DNA from: Octopus bimaculoides
Lineage: Eukaryota
Direction: 5' to 3'
DNA length: 64,000 nucleotides
Assembly: GCF_001194135.2 (NCBI RefSeq)
Contig: NC_068981.1
Span: 99,303,900 to 99,367,899 of the forward strand
The position numbers were made by a program, and so were the translations under genes. Numbering within the stretch: the first letter of the stretch is position 1; each line of letters opens with the position of its first letter. Below, one piece after another: positions 41,340 through 53,606 of the stretch. Below the pieces are notes generated by a model that was not told where the DNA came from, made no database searches, and worked only from the letters and a program-made list of their open reading frames with translations.

Positions 41340-42250
41340 AAGTGAACAGCAAATCTTTGCTCAATTCACCAGAGTTGTATGGTCATTATATGGATGACTG
41401 TGCCAGCATCACCCTTACCAGACAACTGCTCAACAATTTTATCTCTTTGTTAAGATCTTTAGCTCTGCCTTGTAATTTATTTCCAATATTTCAGTTAGTT
41501 TTCTCAATGTCTTCATCACTATACACAATATCTACCTATCTATCTCTGTCCTGTTCAAACCTAATGACTCCTACTCCTACCTCCTGTACTCTTCTTCTCA
41601 TCCCAAATCTTCTTGAACTGTTGTGGATCTGACACTCCACCAGACCCAAGCCAGTCACTGTGCCACTGCTCTCCTATCACCTTTACACATGTCTATAGAT
41701 AGTTTTCCAATCTCTCTCACCTTCCACCAGTCCATCTTCCCATTGAAAGATAAACTCATCCACAACTTCTCTATTCTACCTTCTGATCCCACAACCATTC
41801 CAATCTTTCCTGCATCACCTCTTCACAACTTTTAAAAAGATACAAAAATCTCAGGGATCTTTCAGTAAGAAGCTCCACAGCACCCAGCATCTCACAGCTA
41901 GGCACTGTTTAATTTGCTTACTGACAATGCAACATCTGCCCCTACAGTACCAATATTGCAACAATTACTGAGAGCCTAAGACACAATATATTAATCAGAA
42001 CTTCTGTTGCACATTGTCTAACCTGATATATTGCATCATATGCAAACTTTCCATTGCCCTTTACATTTGGGAAACAGATCAACACTTTACTGATCACTTT
42101 TAGGGGCATATTTGAAGCATACTACTATATAAACCAGGCCAATCTGTTGCCACAAGCTTCAAAACTGCAAGCTATTTTATCACTCATTTTTCAGTGTGCA
42201 GCAATGGATCCTCATTCTAAAGGAAACAGTGGAAACGGTTCATGCTCAAA
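41340..42250 (+). mobile_element. Heavily decayed Penelope-like element
   Basis: YGHYMDDC (RT). Near 42000, FCCTLSNLIYCIICK..IALYIWETDQHFTDHF resembles GIY-YIG. Confidence 0.6.
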
Positions 42251-42639
42251 CTTAAAACCATGTCACAGCTTTAAATAGATATACATGCTTACTATTTCTA
42301 AAGACAGAAATAAAAATTTAAAAATTCATGCATATATCTATTTATATATGCACATTCTTTTATTCTTCTATTCTTTTGTTCCAGTCATTTGACTGTGGCC
42401 ATGCTGTAGCACTGCCTTTTTGAACACTTCTCATATACATTCTTACTGTTTATGAAAAACAGAAATAGATAATACAATATGATACAATTAAATTAAATAA
42501 AATATCATTTACGGACATATACTCTGACCATGAAGAGAGAATTGTAATTTATAATCAACCTGACCTCTTTTTTTTTATGTCCATTTCTTCATTTTTGTAT
42601 TTTGTATTTTGATTACAATTGTACTTTGCCACTTCATAA

Positions 42640-43310
42640 GCAGAGGTAAGTAGAATCTCTACTTGACCTTATAGGTAATGCTATTCATGGAGCAAATAGT
42701 GCCCTGCCCAACACGGGGTAAAACTATCCTGGACCTCTGTTTCACAAATAACTTGACACCCATTTATAATGTTATGGCACACTGATGATTTTCTATGACT
42801 ATAACTTAGTAGCACTAATGATGTATGATCCACAGATAACTGCCAACATGTAGGCTACTAGAAGTACCCAACACCTTTCCAGCCTAAACTTTCATGAAGC
42901 TGATTGGAAAAGTATTTAGAAAGAGATCCTGGAATAGAACTAGTCTGCCAGTCTCTCTACACAGGATGTTGACATAAAGCTACAACACTTTATGACAATC
43001 ATGCATGACATATGCAGTAAGTTTGCTCCAGAGAGAATGTCAAACCAACAGAAAAACATAATTCCCAGATTATACCAGTCCCCAAACAGGACGACACTGT
43101 ATTGTTCCAAAGGTTCCACCCATCCTGACTAGAGTGAGGAGCGAGTACTGCGACAGTTTGAGATTCAAAGGCCCACAGCTATTAAATATCTTGTCAGAAA
43201 ATCTGAGAGATCTACACGGAGCTAGGGTAGATGTTTTCAAGAAGCAACTTCACTTCCTGCTGTTCAAGATTCCACATGAAACTACATCAGGGCGAGAAAC
43301 TTAAAAGAGG
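42640..43310 (+). mobile_element. Internally deleted CR1/L2-like LINE remnant
   Basis: FMEQIVPCPTRGKTILDLCF (APE endonuclease motif) near 42685 and LRFKGPQL (C-terminal motif) near 43160. Confidence 0.55.
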
Positions 43311-43754
43311 GCAGCAATAACAAACTTCCTCCAATAATGAGAAAATGACCATTGAAAATGTGATGATACTAAAAGTGCCCCAGCATGGTCACAGCGTTTG
43401 GGCTGAAATGCATAAAAAATAAAAGAACATACATACATACATATACACACACACATATGTATTTGTATACACACACACACATATATATATATACACACAC
43501 ATAAACATCCACATACATCTATGCACACTGACACATATATGAATTTATGTGAAATGATAGAGAATCAACAAGTTGAAAAGAACAGGCCTTATTGTTATTG
43601 TAAAGTTAGAAGAAGTAAACAACTTTATAAGCAAAAATTTGGAGGAGTGTAATGGAAATAAGGAAGCACTAGAGCTAGCTTTTCTATTATATAATAATAA
43701 TAATGTACAAAATGACATTATAAAACATTATATCAAAAGAGTAGACCATCTTAC

Positions 43755-43933
43755 CGTTTACATCTTTATCACAGTCTGATAAGAATCCACAGCAGTCTGG
43801 TGCATCACATGAATGTTGACTCTTCCAGTTTCGACGACCGGGATTCCTCTTTGGAGGTTCAATTCTAGTTGGATAACACAGGTTATTGCAATTGTAACAG
43901 ATGCTCCTAGTTGTTGATTTTTGACCAAAGCCT
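43755..43933 (-). CDS. SHFL: SHFL homologue exon
   Basis: ctacag|A GGC TTT...AAC G|gtaaga. GFGQKSTTRSICYNCNNLCYPTRIEPPKRNPGRRNWKSQHSCDAPDCCGFLSDCDKDVN, compared with human CYGCGFPVYPTRILPP...HSCSAADC (recalled). Confidence 0.9.
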
Positions 43934-43992
43934 CTGTAGATATGCAATGGAAACCACACAAAATACATCTAATACATATTTAAAATAGTGTT

Positions 43993-44841
43993 TTATTCCT
44001 CTACTTTAGGGATGTAGAGCTACAGGATACAATATTCTCTAGTAACATAAACATGATGACACTTGTTTTCACTCAGACAATCTCATGCAAGAAGAAGAAG
44101 TGACAAGTTTTATGTACACACACACACGCACAAAATACGCACACACATACATGCACAGAACATGCATACACACACACAGCTGCATGGTTTAGCAGTCCAC
44201 TTTCACAACCGCATGGGCCGGGAGATGCTGTGTAGTAGCAAAACATGGGCCCTAATGCAAAAGACATGTGAAAGTTGACTTTGCCTCTCATCCTTCCAGG
44301 GAGGTCAATGTAATAAATACCCATCGTGTACTGGAGTTGATGTTCTCTCCCCACCAAAATTTCAGGCCTTGTACTTATTGTAGAAAGGGTATTATCATTA
44401 TTATAATAATAATTATTATTATTACTGAAGGCGGCAAGCAGGCAGAATTGTTAGCATGCCAGACAAAATACTTAGTGGCATTTCATGTCTTTACAGTCTG
44501 TCCAGCTTAACATTCTGAGCTCAAATTCTATCAAGATTGACTTTGCCTTTCACCCCTTGATTTAGTAGCCCACTTTCACAACCAACATGGGCTGGGCAAG
44601 TGTCTTATACTATTGTCTAAGAGCAACCAATGCCTTATGAGTCAAACTGGTGGATGGAAACTGTATGAAAGTCCCACTGTGTGTGCATGTTTGTGTGCGT
44701 TTTCATGTGTGCATGTACATGAAAGTTGTCAGTTCTACTTCTTGCATGTGATTGGCTGAGTTTAAGTGAGTGTCAGTGTGTTTATGTTATCAGTGAACAC
44801 ATTATATCCTGTAGCTCTACGTCCCTAAAGTAGTGGAATAA
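43993..44841. repeat. Inverted repeats of about 70 bp (43993-44063 and 44769-44841) enclosing SINE insertions
   Basis: TTATTCCTCTACTTTAGGGATGTAGAGCTACAGGATA... versus reverse complement TTATTCCACTACTTTAGGGACGTAGAGCTACAGGATA... Confidence 0.8.
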
Positions 44842-45982
44842 AGCCTTCTCCATGCTACTGCCAATCAACATCCATCCCTCATTCTCATCATCATCATTCT
44901 CTGCAACTCATATTTACCACCCCACCCCTGTTCACCATTCACTATATTCATCCCCAATTAATACATATAACAATCTCCAGCCCAAGTTTATATTGCTTTC
45001 ACTCTCCTACTACACTCATGGAACCTTATCTACCTACACCAATTCCTCTATATCCATGCTGCCTTCTATTCACCTTCTTGGACACATTATCTTGAGTGTA
45101 TGTTCCAGTACTTTGGCACAACTAGATTCTCCTTTCTTCCGGGCACTACTCCAGCTATCCCCACCAACCCAAGTAAAACATGAGGTAACCATGCATCTCT
45201 TCCACAATAATATATTTGTTCTGGTTCCTCCCATCATACACTAACCTCCCAACACACTGCATTAAATGATCACCTTATGTCCTATCTTCCCAATTAGTTG
45301 AAGTGGCTCCTTAGTTTTGCAAGCTACAAGATAACCACACTAATGCTGGTGCCATATAAAACACATTCAGTACACTCTGAAAAGTTGTTGGTATTGGTGG
45401 TGTTAGGAAGGACATCCAACTATAAAGCCCAAGCCAAACTGAGACAGTAGAGCAAGATATGGTCCTCCAACCTGTTGGATTCTATCAAAACATCCAACCC
45501 TTGTCAGCATGGAAAGCAGATATAAAAATAATGATGGTGTGTGTGTGTGCGCGTGCGTGCACATATTTAAAGAGCTTCTGCAAAATTACTGTCCAACAAA
45601 TATTTCACTCGCAAAGCTCTGGTCCATTCAAACCATTTGGCAGTTATTTAAATGAGCAGGGAAAGTGTGTGACAGGTAACAGTTGATATAAGTAGGATTT
45701 GAATTCAGAGCCATAAAGTGATGTTATAACTAGGATTCTGTCTGACATTCTATAAACTCTGTCATGTCTCATACTAACAAATAAAATAAATTGTGAAAAC
45801 AAATAAATATCACTGTGTGGTAAGAAGTTTGCTCCTCAACCACATGGCTGCAGGTTCAGTCCCACTGTGTGGCACTTTGGGCAAGTGTCTTCTACTATAG
45901 CCCAAGGCCAGCCAAAGCCTTGGGAGTGGATTTGATAAAATGAAATTGGAAGAAGCTCATGGTGTGTGTATGTGTGTGTGTG

Positions 45983-46049
<67 letters not shown>

Positions 46050-46424
46050 CTGGAGCCTGGTGTTGCCATCCGGTTTCACCAGTCCTCAGTCAAATCGTCC
46101 AACCCATGCTAGCATGGAAAGCGGACGTTAAACGATGATGATGATGATGATGATATATATATATATATTTATAGCTGTGTCTTTGTGTTTGTCCCTTGTC
46201 ACAGCTTGACAAATGGTTTGGTTTGTTTACAACCCAGTAACTTGGTTTGACAAAAATATGCTGATAAAATAAGTACTAGGCTTAAAAATATATGTACAGG
46301 GATCAATTTTTTTGACCAAACTCTTCAAGACGATGCTTCAGCATGGCTGCAATCCAATGACTGAAACAAGTAAAGGATTAAAGATAAATGTTAGAAAATG
46401 AAATCAAAGGTGATTCAAACTTAC

Positions 46425-46528
46425 CTGAATTCATTGTTACAACTCTTACATACAAATACTGCACTTCCAAATTCAACATCTTTCGGGACAGGATCATACC
46501 GAACTTGGCATAGTTTACATCTTGAAAC
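46425..46528 (-). CDS. SHFL: SHFL homologue exon (zinc-ribbon region)
   Basis: cctag|GTT TCA AGA TGT...TTC AG|gtaagt. VSRCKLCQVRYDPVPKDVEFGSAVFVCKSCNNEF(R), compared with human VSRCRKCRKRYEPVP...EFHCPKCRHNFR (recalled). Not in the ORF track because it is short. Confidence 0.9.
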
Positions 46529-46595
46529 CTAGGAAAGATAGTATCTTCACATATAAATATCTACTTCAAGTTTAGGATGTGTGAATATGCATATA

Positions 46596-47460
46596 CAGTA
46601 CTGTGCAAAAGTTTTCAGCCATTTTAGACTATTGTAAATTTCTAGTATTGCCAACTTATAAGTGGATGCTTTGCATTGCGTTTTTTACAGTTGAAACATT
46701 GACCCTATTGGAGTCATTTCCATACCTAATCATTATATTTTGTAGTAGGAATTCTGAATGAGAGAGGAGGATGTGAGACAACCACAAAAAAATGGCCATG
46801 AAAAAGTTTTTGGCCACCTCACACAAAGCAATCAAGATACAGTATTTTAAAACAGAAAAATGTCTATAATGAAAATTTATTACATAACGTTCATTTCAAG
46901 AAGTTACTGTATATTGGTTAATATTTCTTGTGGCTTCTCTTAGCTTGAATAATTGCTTCAATGTGCCTGGGAAGAAATGTGTATAAATCCTTCACCATCT
47001 TCACAGGTATGAGATGCCATTCTCTGTGGCTGAGCTCCCATAACTCTTCAAGATTGCATGGATTCTTCTGATGAACTCTTCTCTTTAGTTCTGACCACAT
47101 ATGCTCAATGATATTTAAGCCAGGGCTCTGAGCTGACCAATCTTTCAATACAGTAACACCTTCATCAGCCAGACTCTGTTATGTTGTATGCAATCTGTGG
47201 CATGGAGCTCCGTCATGCTGAAAAATCTCACCTTCATCCAAGTCTGGTACCAAATTGTCCTTCAGCAACTGGATGTATTTGGCACTATTCAAGTTACCAT
47301 CAATTTTAACCAACTTTCTTGAACCATCACTTTTTATGTATCCCCAAAGCATCAGATTCTTACCCCCAAACGTCATTGTTTTTGTCATGTAACATGGGCC
47401 ATTTGACTTCCCTGGAGGCTTTCTGACAAATTCTTGCTTATCAGAAACAGCTAAAATATA
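46596..47460 (-). mobile_element. Truncated Tc1-family transposon (one TIR)
   Basis: Terminus TA|CAGTACTGTGCAAAAGTTTT. Transposase pieces FGGKNLMLWG, FQHDGAPCH and WSAQSPGLNIIEHMW. Second end not seen. Confidence 0.8.
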
Positions 47461-47849
47461 ACAAACATTAAGTCCACTTTGAAATTCTAAGTTTTCTAAG
47501 AGCCACTATCATAGTGTTTTAGTCAATTATCAAGCACAGCATACCTACATCTCACATATATATGGCCTTGCATAGGGAGACTTGATTTTCTTTTTAGAAC
47601 CAATAGATATTTCAAATTTCAAACCCGAACAGCTTTTGAATTCATTTAACACACATACACTACTATGCAAAACCCCTGCCCACCAACTTCTATATTCATG
47701 TGTAAGAGTTGCATAATGTAGTTTTATAAGCAATATTCTTTTGAAGAAATATGCAACTCAATGCAAATCTCCTCCATAAAAATCTCTTTCCATTCCCCTA
47801 GGTTCATCACTATACAGATATACATGCCAGTGTGAAAGTACCTTTAACA

Positions 47850-49150
47850 AAGCCATGAGTCTGAAGCTTTGAAGCATCTCCAGTCACTTCAAACTACCAA
47901 GGCCATTGATACTCTCAATGCTGCTTTCATCACCCTCAAACAAGAAGCCTCAGGGTTAACTCTTTAATCTCTGTTTTTAATCAATAGAAATATATCCTGA
48001 TCTTCTGAAGCATGCTACAATATATTCCATTCCCAAAAAGTAATGTACCTAATATCTTTTTATACTCACATCCAAAACTCAAAGTTCATGGAAATAATCT
48101 TTAACAAATCTGAATCTCTCTCATTACTCATCACCAGTTCATTTTTTTTTTTTTTTTTTTGTGAACCCAGAGCAACAGACCTACTCTCCTATGTAAATCA
48201 TCACTGAACACTCATCCTCAAAAATTTGGTAAAGTCGGTCTTGTTATCCTCAATATCAACAAAACTTTAAAATGTGATGGGCAAATCTGGAAAAACTCAA
48301 AACTGTCCATTCATGGATTTCCCCCATTTCTTGTTTCTTGAATTATTATTGGCCTCTTGTCATATTGCACCATTGCAGTGTGCCCTGACAGAGCTCTCTC
48401 TGCTTCATATTTTATCAACTCTGATGTTCCCCATGGTTTAGCTCCTATCAAGTGTCATTAACAGTCTGTCTGTGCAAATAATAACTATTATTCCTTCCCA
48501 ACCTTCCATATGCAATCAAGACACTTTATGCCAATTCTACAATGATTCCATGAACAAAGACTTTAAAAATATGTTCCACTGAGTTCATGACAATCTTGTC
48601 TCTTTCAGCAGTAAGTTACAATCACTATAAATATCTGCCACCTCCTAAACCCAAACAGTATGTAACCAGAGGCCTCAAGGTCACTACAAATGTTAGGCTT
48701 CAGCATCATTGAAAATCTCTTTTGGCAAGCACACATCTTCATAATAGGCAAAACTGCTTCACAGAGACAAACTTACCTTTTCAGAGCCAAAAAAATTAAT
48801 TCCCAACTACTACTAACTCTCTGCAAAGCCTAGGTGAAGTCCACAATGGTGTACTGTCCCCATATCTGTGCTGCCACTTCAAACTCAGACATCTTAGACA
48901 GCATTTAACGAAAGATCATCCAACATACCTCAACTTCTGTCCTACTTCTGGATGTGCTCTCTTCCCTCAGTCTTTTCAATCACTACTACAGAGGCTTGTA
49001 ATCTTTAGAACTGGATGATCTCATGCCACTTCCACTCAGGCAACTTTCACTCAAACCCTGCACTAATCACTATGTTCAGTCCTTCCTCTTCCAGAAAATC
49101 GGCCCTCTGAAATATGCTTTCCTTGCACATGTTTTTTCAGCAGTTGTTAC
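47850..49150 (+). mobile_element. Decayed L2/CR1-type LINE RT remnant
   Basis: Residual RT-like text (LNINKTL..., DVPHG resembling GVPQG) with many stops. Boundaries approximate. Confidence 0.45.
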
Positions 49151-49777
49151 CTTAAACAGCTCAAGATGAAGTTAACCATATCAACATTCCTAGTGCCAGA
49201 GGTCCCATGAAGGCTATAGACCCAGTTCCTTCTTCCAGACTAAATTAGTAAAAAATCAGTCACAATGGCTAATGTAAAGGTCAACCCTAGTATAGAGATA
49301 ACACAAGATGGAGTTGAATTCAGTCTTGTGTGACATTAAAACACTCATGCTGCCACCAAGAAACAGCACCCACTTAAAAGACAGATAGACCAGGCCATTT
49401 AGAGTTCAGTCTTTTGATACTTCAGCTGATTGATTGTTTGATATCCTATTGCAGTTCCACACTGGCATTGAACATGTCAAACATTTTCCAATAGCAACAA
49501 CAACAACTACTACACTACTACTGTTGCTGCCATCACCATTATTCTTGTTACTGCTGCCACTGCAGCTGTTGACAACATCTTCAACAACAACAAGAGAGTA
49601 TGTTCGTGTGTGATTTTATCTAAACTATTGACTGCATAAGTGAAACAAAATAACCTGCCACCAGGAACTGAAAACATATTGAAGTCTCAAATTATAAAGA
49701 ATTTTGGCCTTTTCAGTGCTCATCAGACAGGTAGGTAAAATATAACTATAAAACAGATTAAGATATGTAAAACTCAC

Positions 49778-49924
49778 AGGTTTTCTCCTTGGGGTGACAC
49801 GCCACCACATATTATTACAAGGAGGGCACGTAAACTGACGAATAGCTAAGCCAATGTAGTTTTGTTTAGCCTCTTCCACTAATTTATCATTATTCCTGAT
49901 GTAGTTCAGTTTAGCAACCATGTC
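49778..49924 (-). CDS. SHFL: SHFL homologue exon (first CxxC and WWR motif)
   Basis: tttcag|GAC ATG...AAA CCT|gtgagt. DMVAKLNYIRNNDKLVEEAKQNYIGLAIRQFTCPPCNNMWWRVTPRRKP, compared with human [21 protein letters not shown] (recalled). Confidence 0.9.
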
Positions 49925-50935
49925 CTGAAAAATTAACAATTTTTATTTTAAAAAATCAAAAATTTTGAATAATTAGAAAAAAAAAGAAAAAAGTAAAACA
50001 TAAATGAAAAATATGCTAATTGAAAGTGTCATTTGAACACCACCACCCTTATAAGACTTAATTTCTTTCTCCACCTCACAGATCAGTTCACCTGCACCAC
50101 CAGAAATCTCATCAATTGAATTAAATACTGACTAAGCAATCTTCTATATGTAGGAAAGACTGGGCAGAGATTAGCCAATAGGTTTAATAAGCATCATTAA
50201 AATGTTTGACTAGACAGCACAACAGTTTTTATTATCCAGGCAAACTGAGATAGGAAGAGTTATGTGAGTTAGTCAAATACCGTATTATAGTTAGAGAGAT
50301 GATTGAATTTATAACCATGAGGTTAGTTTGTCTGAAGTTGGGGGAAAATTATTAGGTCAGAAACAAGAATACATGGGTACTGCTGGGAAAGAATGTTGGA
50401 ACATTTTTTTTACAGACTCAATTTTGTCTTTTCCATTTCCATTTCTTTAATTTGAGTAATATAACTTCTGATTAATGCTTTGAGACTAATTAAAGTTTCT
50501 TATCCGAGAAGTGTTATGTACTACAAAGTTTTAGGTCACAAAATGCTGCAGAGTAAGGAAAGTTTTTAAAATAGGTTAGCCTGAATTTAATACATAAAAT
50601 AAGGTAAGGAGGGTGGAGTAGGATTTATGTATGAAAAATTCATATTTCAGTAGAAGAAATCAGAAGATTAATGAAAACAAGAAAGAAGTAATGAAAGAAG
50701 TAAATGTAAATTATAACTTTTAATTAAAAATAAAATAAATACATTTCAATTAACATTGTCAAAATACTACTGTCATGTTCAAGATTTAGTCCACAGCACT
50801 GAAGAGAATATCATTTGAGATACATTTATAGACAACATTCTAAGCATAAAATAGAAAAAGCAAGAAAAAAATTTTGTGTTCATTTATGAACCCTTAGAAA
50901 CAAACTAATTCTAAAATAGATTAATGTTTACTTAC

Positions 50936-50976
50936 AGCATCTTCTGTTAAAACACGGCATAATTCCTGGGTATCAG
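50936..50976 (-). CDS. SHFL: SHFL homologue, 41-nt microexon
   Basis: ttttag|CT GAT ACC CAG...GAT GCT|gtaagt = (S)DTQELCRVLTEDA. Converts phase 1 to phase 0 exactly as the flanking exons require. Confidence 0.65.
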
Positions 50977-51449
50977 CTAAAAGAAAATATTCATAGTTTA
51001 ATTTTGTGGATAAAGAGAATTAATGATGGGAAAACAACTCACAAACAATTAACAAGATAACTTTAATCTAAATGACATGAAAAATGTGTTAGAAAGTATA
51101 TTTGACTATTAAAACATAATGAGGTTTCTCCATATCTTATCTCAACAATACAAACTGTGCACTGCATGGACTACTTTTCAAAACCATACTAAAATTCCAG
51201 AGGATGTATCATCAAAGAATTATAGACTAAAATATATAGATATACCACAGAGTTTTGAAAAAAAATCTTTAATAGCTACTATAATACATGAGTTTAATGT
51301 ACAAAAATTATAAATCCCAATTGCTTTAAAAGAATAACTTTCCTAAGAAAACAGCAAGTTAAGTAGACAGGAATTTAATACAGTAAAAGAAAAATGTTTT
51401 CTTTTAGAATCAATATCAACATAACCGAGAATATGCAGAAACCAATTTC

Positions 51450-51743
51450 TACATTATTTACATTATTTATATTTGACAGATATTTGTCCTCATCTTGTTT
51501 GTTGTTAACACAACATTTCAGCTGATATACCCTCCAGCCTTCATCAGGTGTCTTGGGGAAATTTTGAACCTGAGTTCTCATTCCTAAGGTATTTTTCGAT
51601 GTTATTATTATTACTATTAAGGTCACTGTCTGGAATCGAACTCGGAATCTTAGGGTTAGTAGCCCGTGCTCTTAACCACTACGCCATATGCGTTAACAAC
51701 AAACAAGATGAGGACAAATATCCATCAAATATAAATAATGTAC
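51450..51743 (-). mobile_element. tRNA-derived SINE with a hammerhead-like core, bracketed by inverted copies of its tail
   Basis: Minus strand A-box TGGCGTAGTGG and B-box GTTCGATTCC (head 51621-51685), then an (AAT)n linker and CTGATGA...GAAA core at 51507-51552. The tail TTAACAACAAACAAGATGAGGACAAATAT...AATAATGTA occurs at about 51460-51510 (-) and 51693-51743 (+). Confidence 0.7.
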
Positions 51744-52239
51744 ATAATTCCTCATCTCTTAAATATAGAACTGTATTACCAATTTTCTGTTATCAAGGCA
51801 CTGATCTAACACCATTTTTAAGCCCCAAGACTTATTTAATATTTTAGATATTTCCTGATCAAAAGTAATACAAAATAAGTATATTTGTAACAACCACTAG
51901 TGACTGAATTCATAGAAGAGCTTCTTGAATAACTGGTGAATCTTAACTTACCATGCTTTCTATCCAACTACTTGCTTAACTATGTTTTTGTGTCTCATTC
52001 ATTACTCCTCTGAATCTTAACTGTATCATCACAACCATAATCAATGTTAAGTATAAACAGTCTTTCGTCATTTTTCTATATCACTTCTTGTAAGGTTTCA
52101 GGTCATGTAGAGACCTTTCATTTTGTTAATGAGATTTCTTTTCTCTCAGAGTGTTTAGTATCTCATATAGGATGCAAATCATCCGAAAAATTAGATATTA
52201 ATAAAGGCTGTAAAATGGTTGAAGAACCTGTTGTTGTAG

Positions 52240-53181
52240 TGTAGTCTTGGTCAGTGAGGGTTAAGCAGAGCTATGGCACAAAATAGATTCAGCTGATCAT
52301 TGATGCAATCCAATGACCAGCATTCCCAATTTTCCATGCTACTGTCAGGTTGAGGTCCATACTGGGCACTCTGACATGCATTCATTTATTATGTAGTTCT
52401 GGGGAATGAAGTGTGGCAGAATGAACTTCACATAGCTATCCTCATCCATTTGTACCACATGACCATACCAGCGCAGTTGTTTCTCTTGCACACCACATCT
52501 GATGCTTCTTAGATCCAACTTTTCTCTCAAGGCACTTACACTCTGTCAAGTATGCACACTTACATTACACATCTACTGGAGCATACTGGCTTCATTCCTT
52601 GCAAGCTTACGCATGTCCTCAGCAGTCACGGCCCATGTTTCACTGCCATGTGGCATGGCTGTTCATACACATGCGTCATACAGTCTGCCTTTTACTCTGA
52701 GCGAGAAGCCCTTTGTCACCAGCAGAGGTAAGAGCTCTCTGAACTTTGCCCAGGCAATTCTTATTCTAGCAGCTACACTTTCAGCGCACCCTCCACTGCT
52801 ACTTATTTGGTCACCTAGGTAACAGAAGCTATTAACTTCTGGAATGTGGCAGAAGTTGTTCTCTGCACATTTTCAATGTTTATTGCTCCTGAGCATCTGC
52901 CACACACAAAAGCTATCTTCTTAGTTAGTCTTCCTTTGATATTGCTGCACCTCTCATGTGTCCATAGCTTACACTGGGTACATCTTATAGAGTTTCTACC
53001 TATGCCTTATCTACAGATCGAGCAGGGCCATCTACCTGAAGGGGTTTGTGATTTGTCTACCTTCTTACTTATTAGGACTTTGGTCTTAGCTAGGTTGCCT
53101 CTAAGGCCCTTCGATTCTAATCGTTGCTTCCACACCTGAAACTTCTCCTCCACATATTTTACACCATAGCGAAGACACGAT
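52240..53181 (-). mobile_element. RTE-clade LINE 3' portion
   Basis: Minus strand MREKLDLRSIRCGVQEKQLRWYGHVVQMDEDS, the RTE C-terminal RLRWxGHV motif. Runs into the N gap at 53182. Confidence 0.75.
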
Positions 53182-53545
53182 NNNNNNNNNNNNNNNNNNN
53201 NNNNNNNNNNNNNNNNNNNNNNNNNNNNNNNNNNNNNNNNNNNNNNNNNNNNNNNNNNNNNNNNNNNNNNNNNNNNNAAAGAAATTTGAAAAGAAAATAC
53301 GAAACCGGTTATTTCTCCAAAAACAATGTTACTATATTCTTTACTCTTTTACTTGTTTCAGTCATTTGACTGCAGCCATGCTGGAGCACCACCTTTAGTC
53401 GAGAAAATGGACCCCAGGACTTATTCTTTGTAAGCCTAGTACTTATTCTATAGATCTCTTTTTGCCGAAGTGCTAAGTTATGGGGATGTAAACACACCAG
53501 CATCAGTTGTCAAGCGATGGTGGGGGGACAAACACAGACACACAA

Positions 53546-53606
<61 letters not shown>

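Noticed and set aside
43755-49924. Initial reading as a ZAR1/RTP-type 3CxxC protein
   Set aside because: The additional motifs RLRELFHGRF, YPTRI.PP, CxHP and HSSTGSTV fit SHFL specifically.
51621-51685. tRNA gene
   Set aside because: It has A and B boxes but no complete acceptor stem, and it runs straight into a SINE body, so it is a SINE head.
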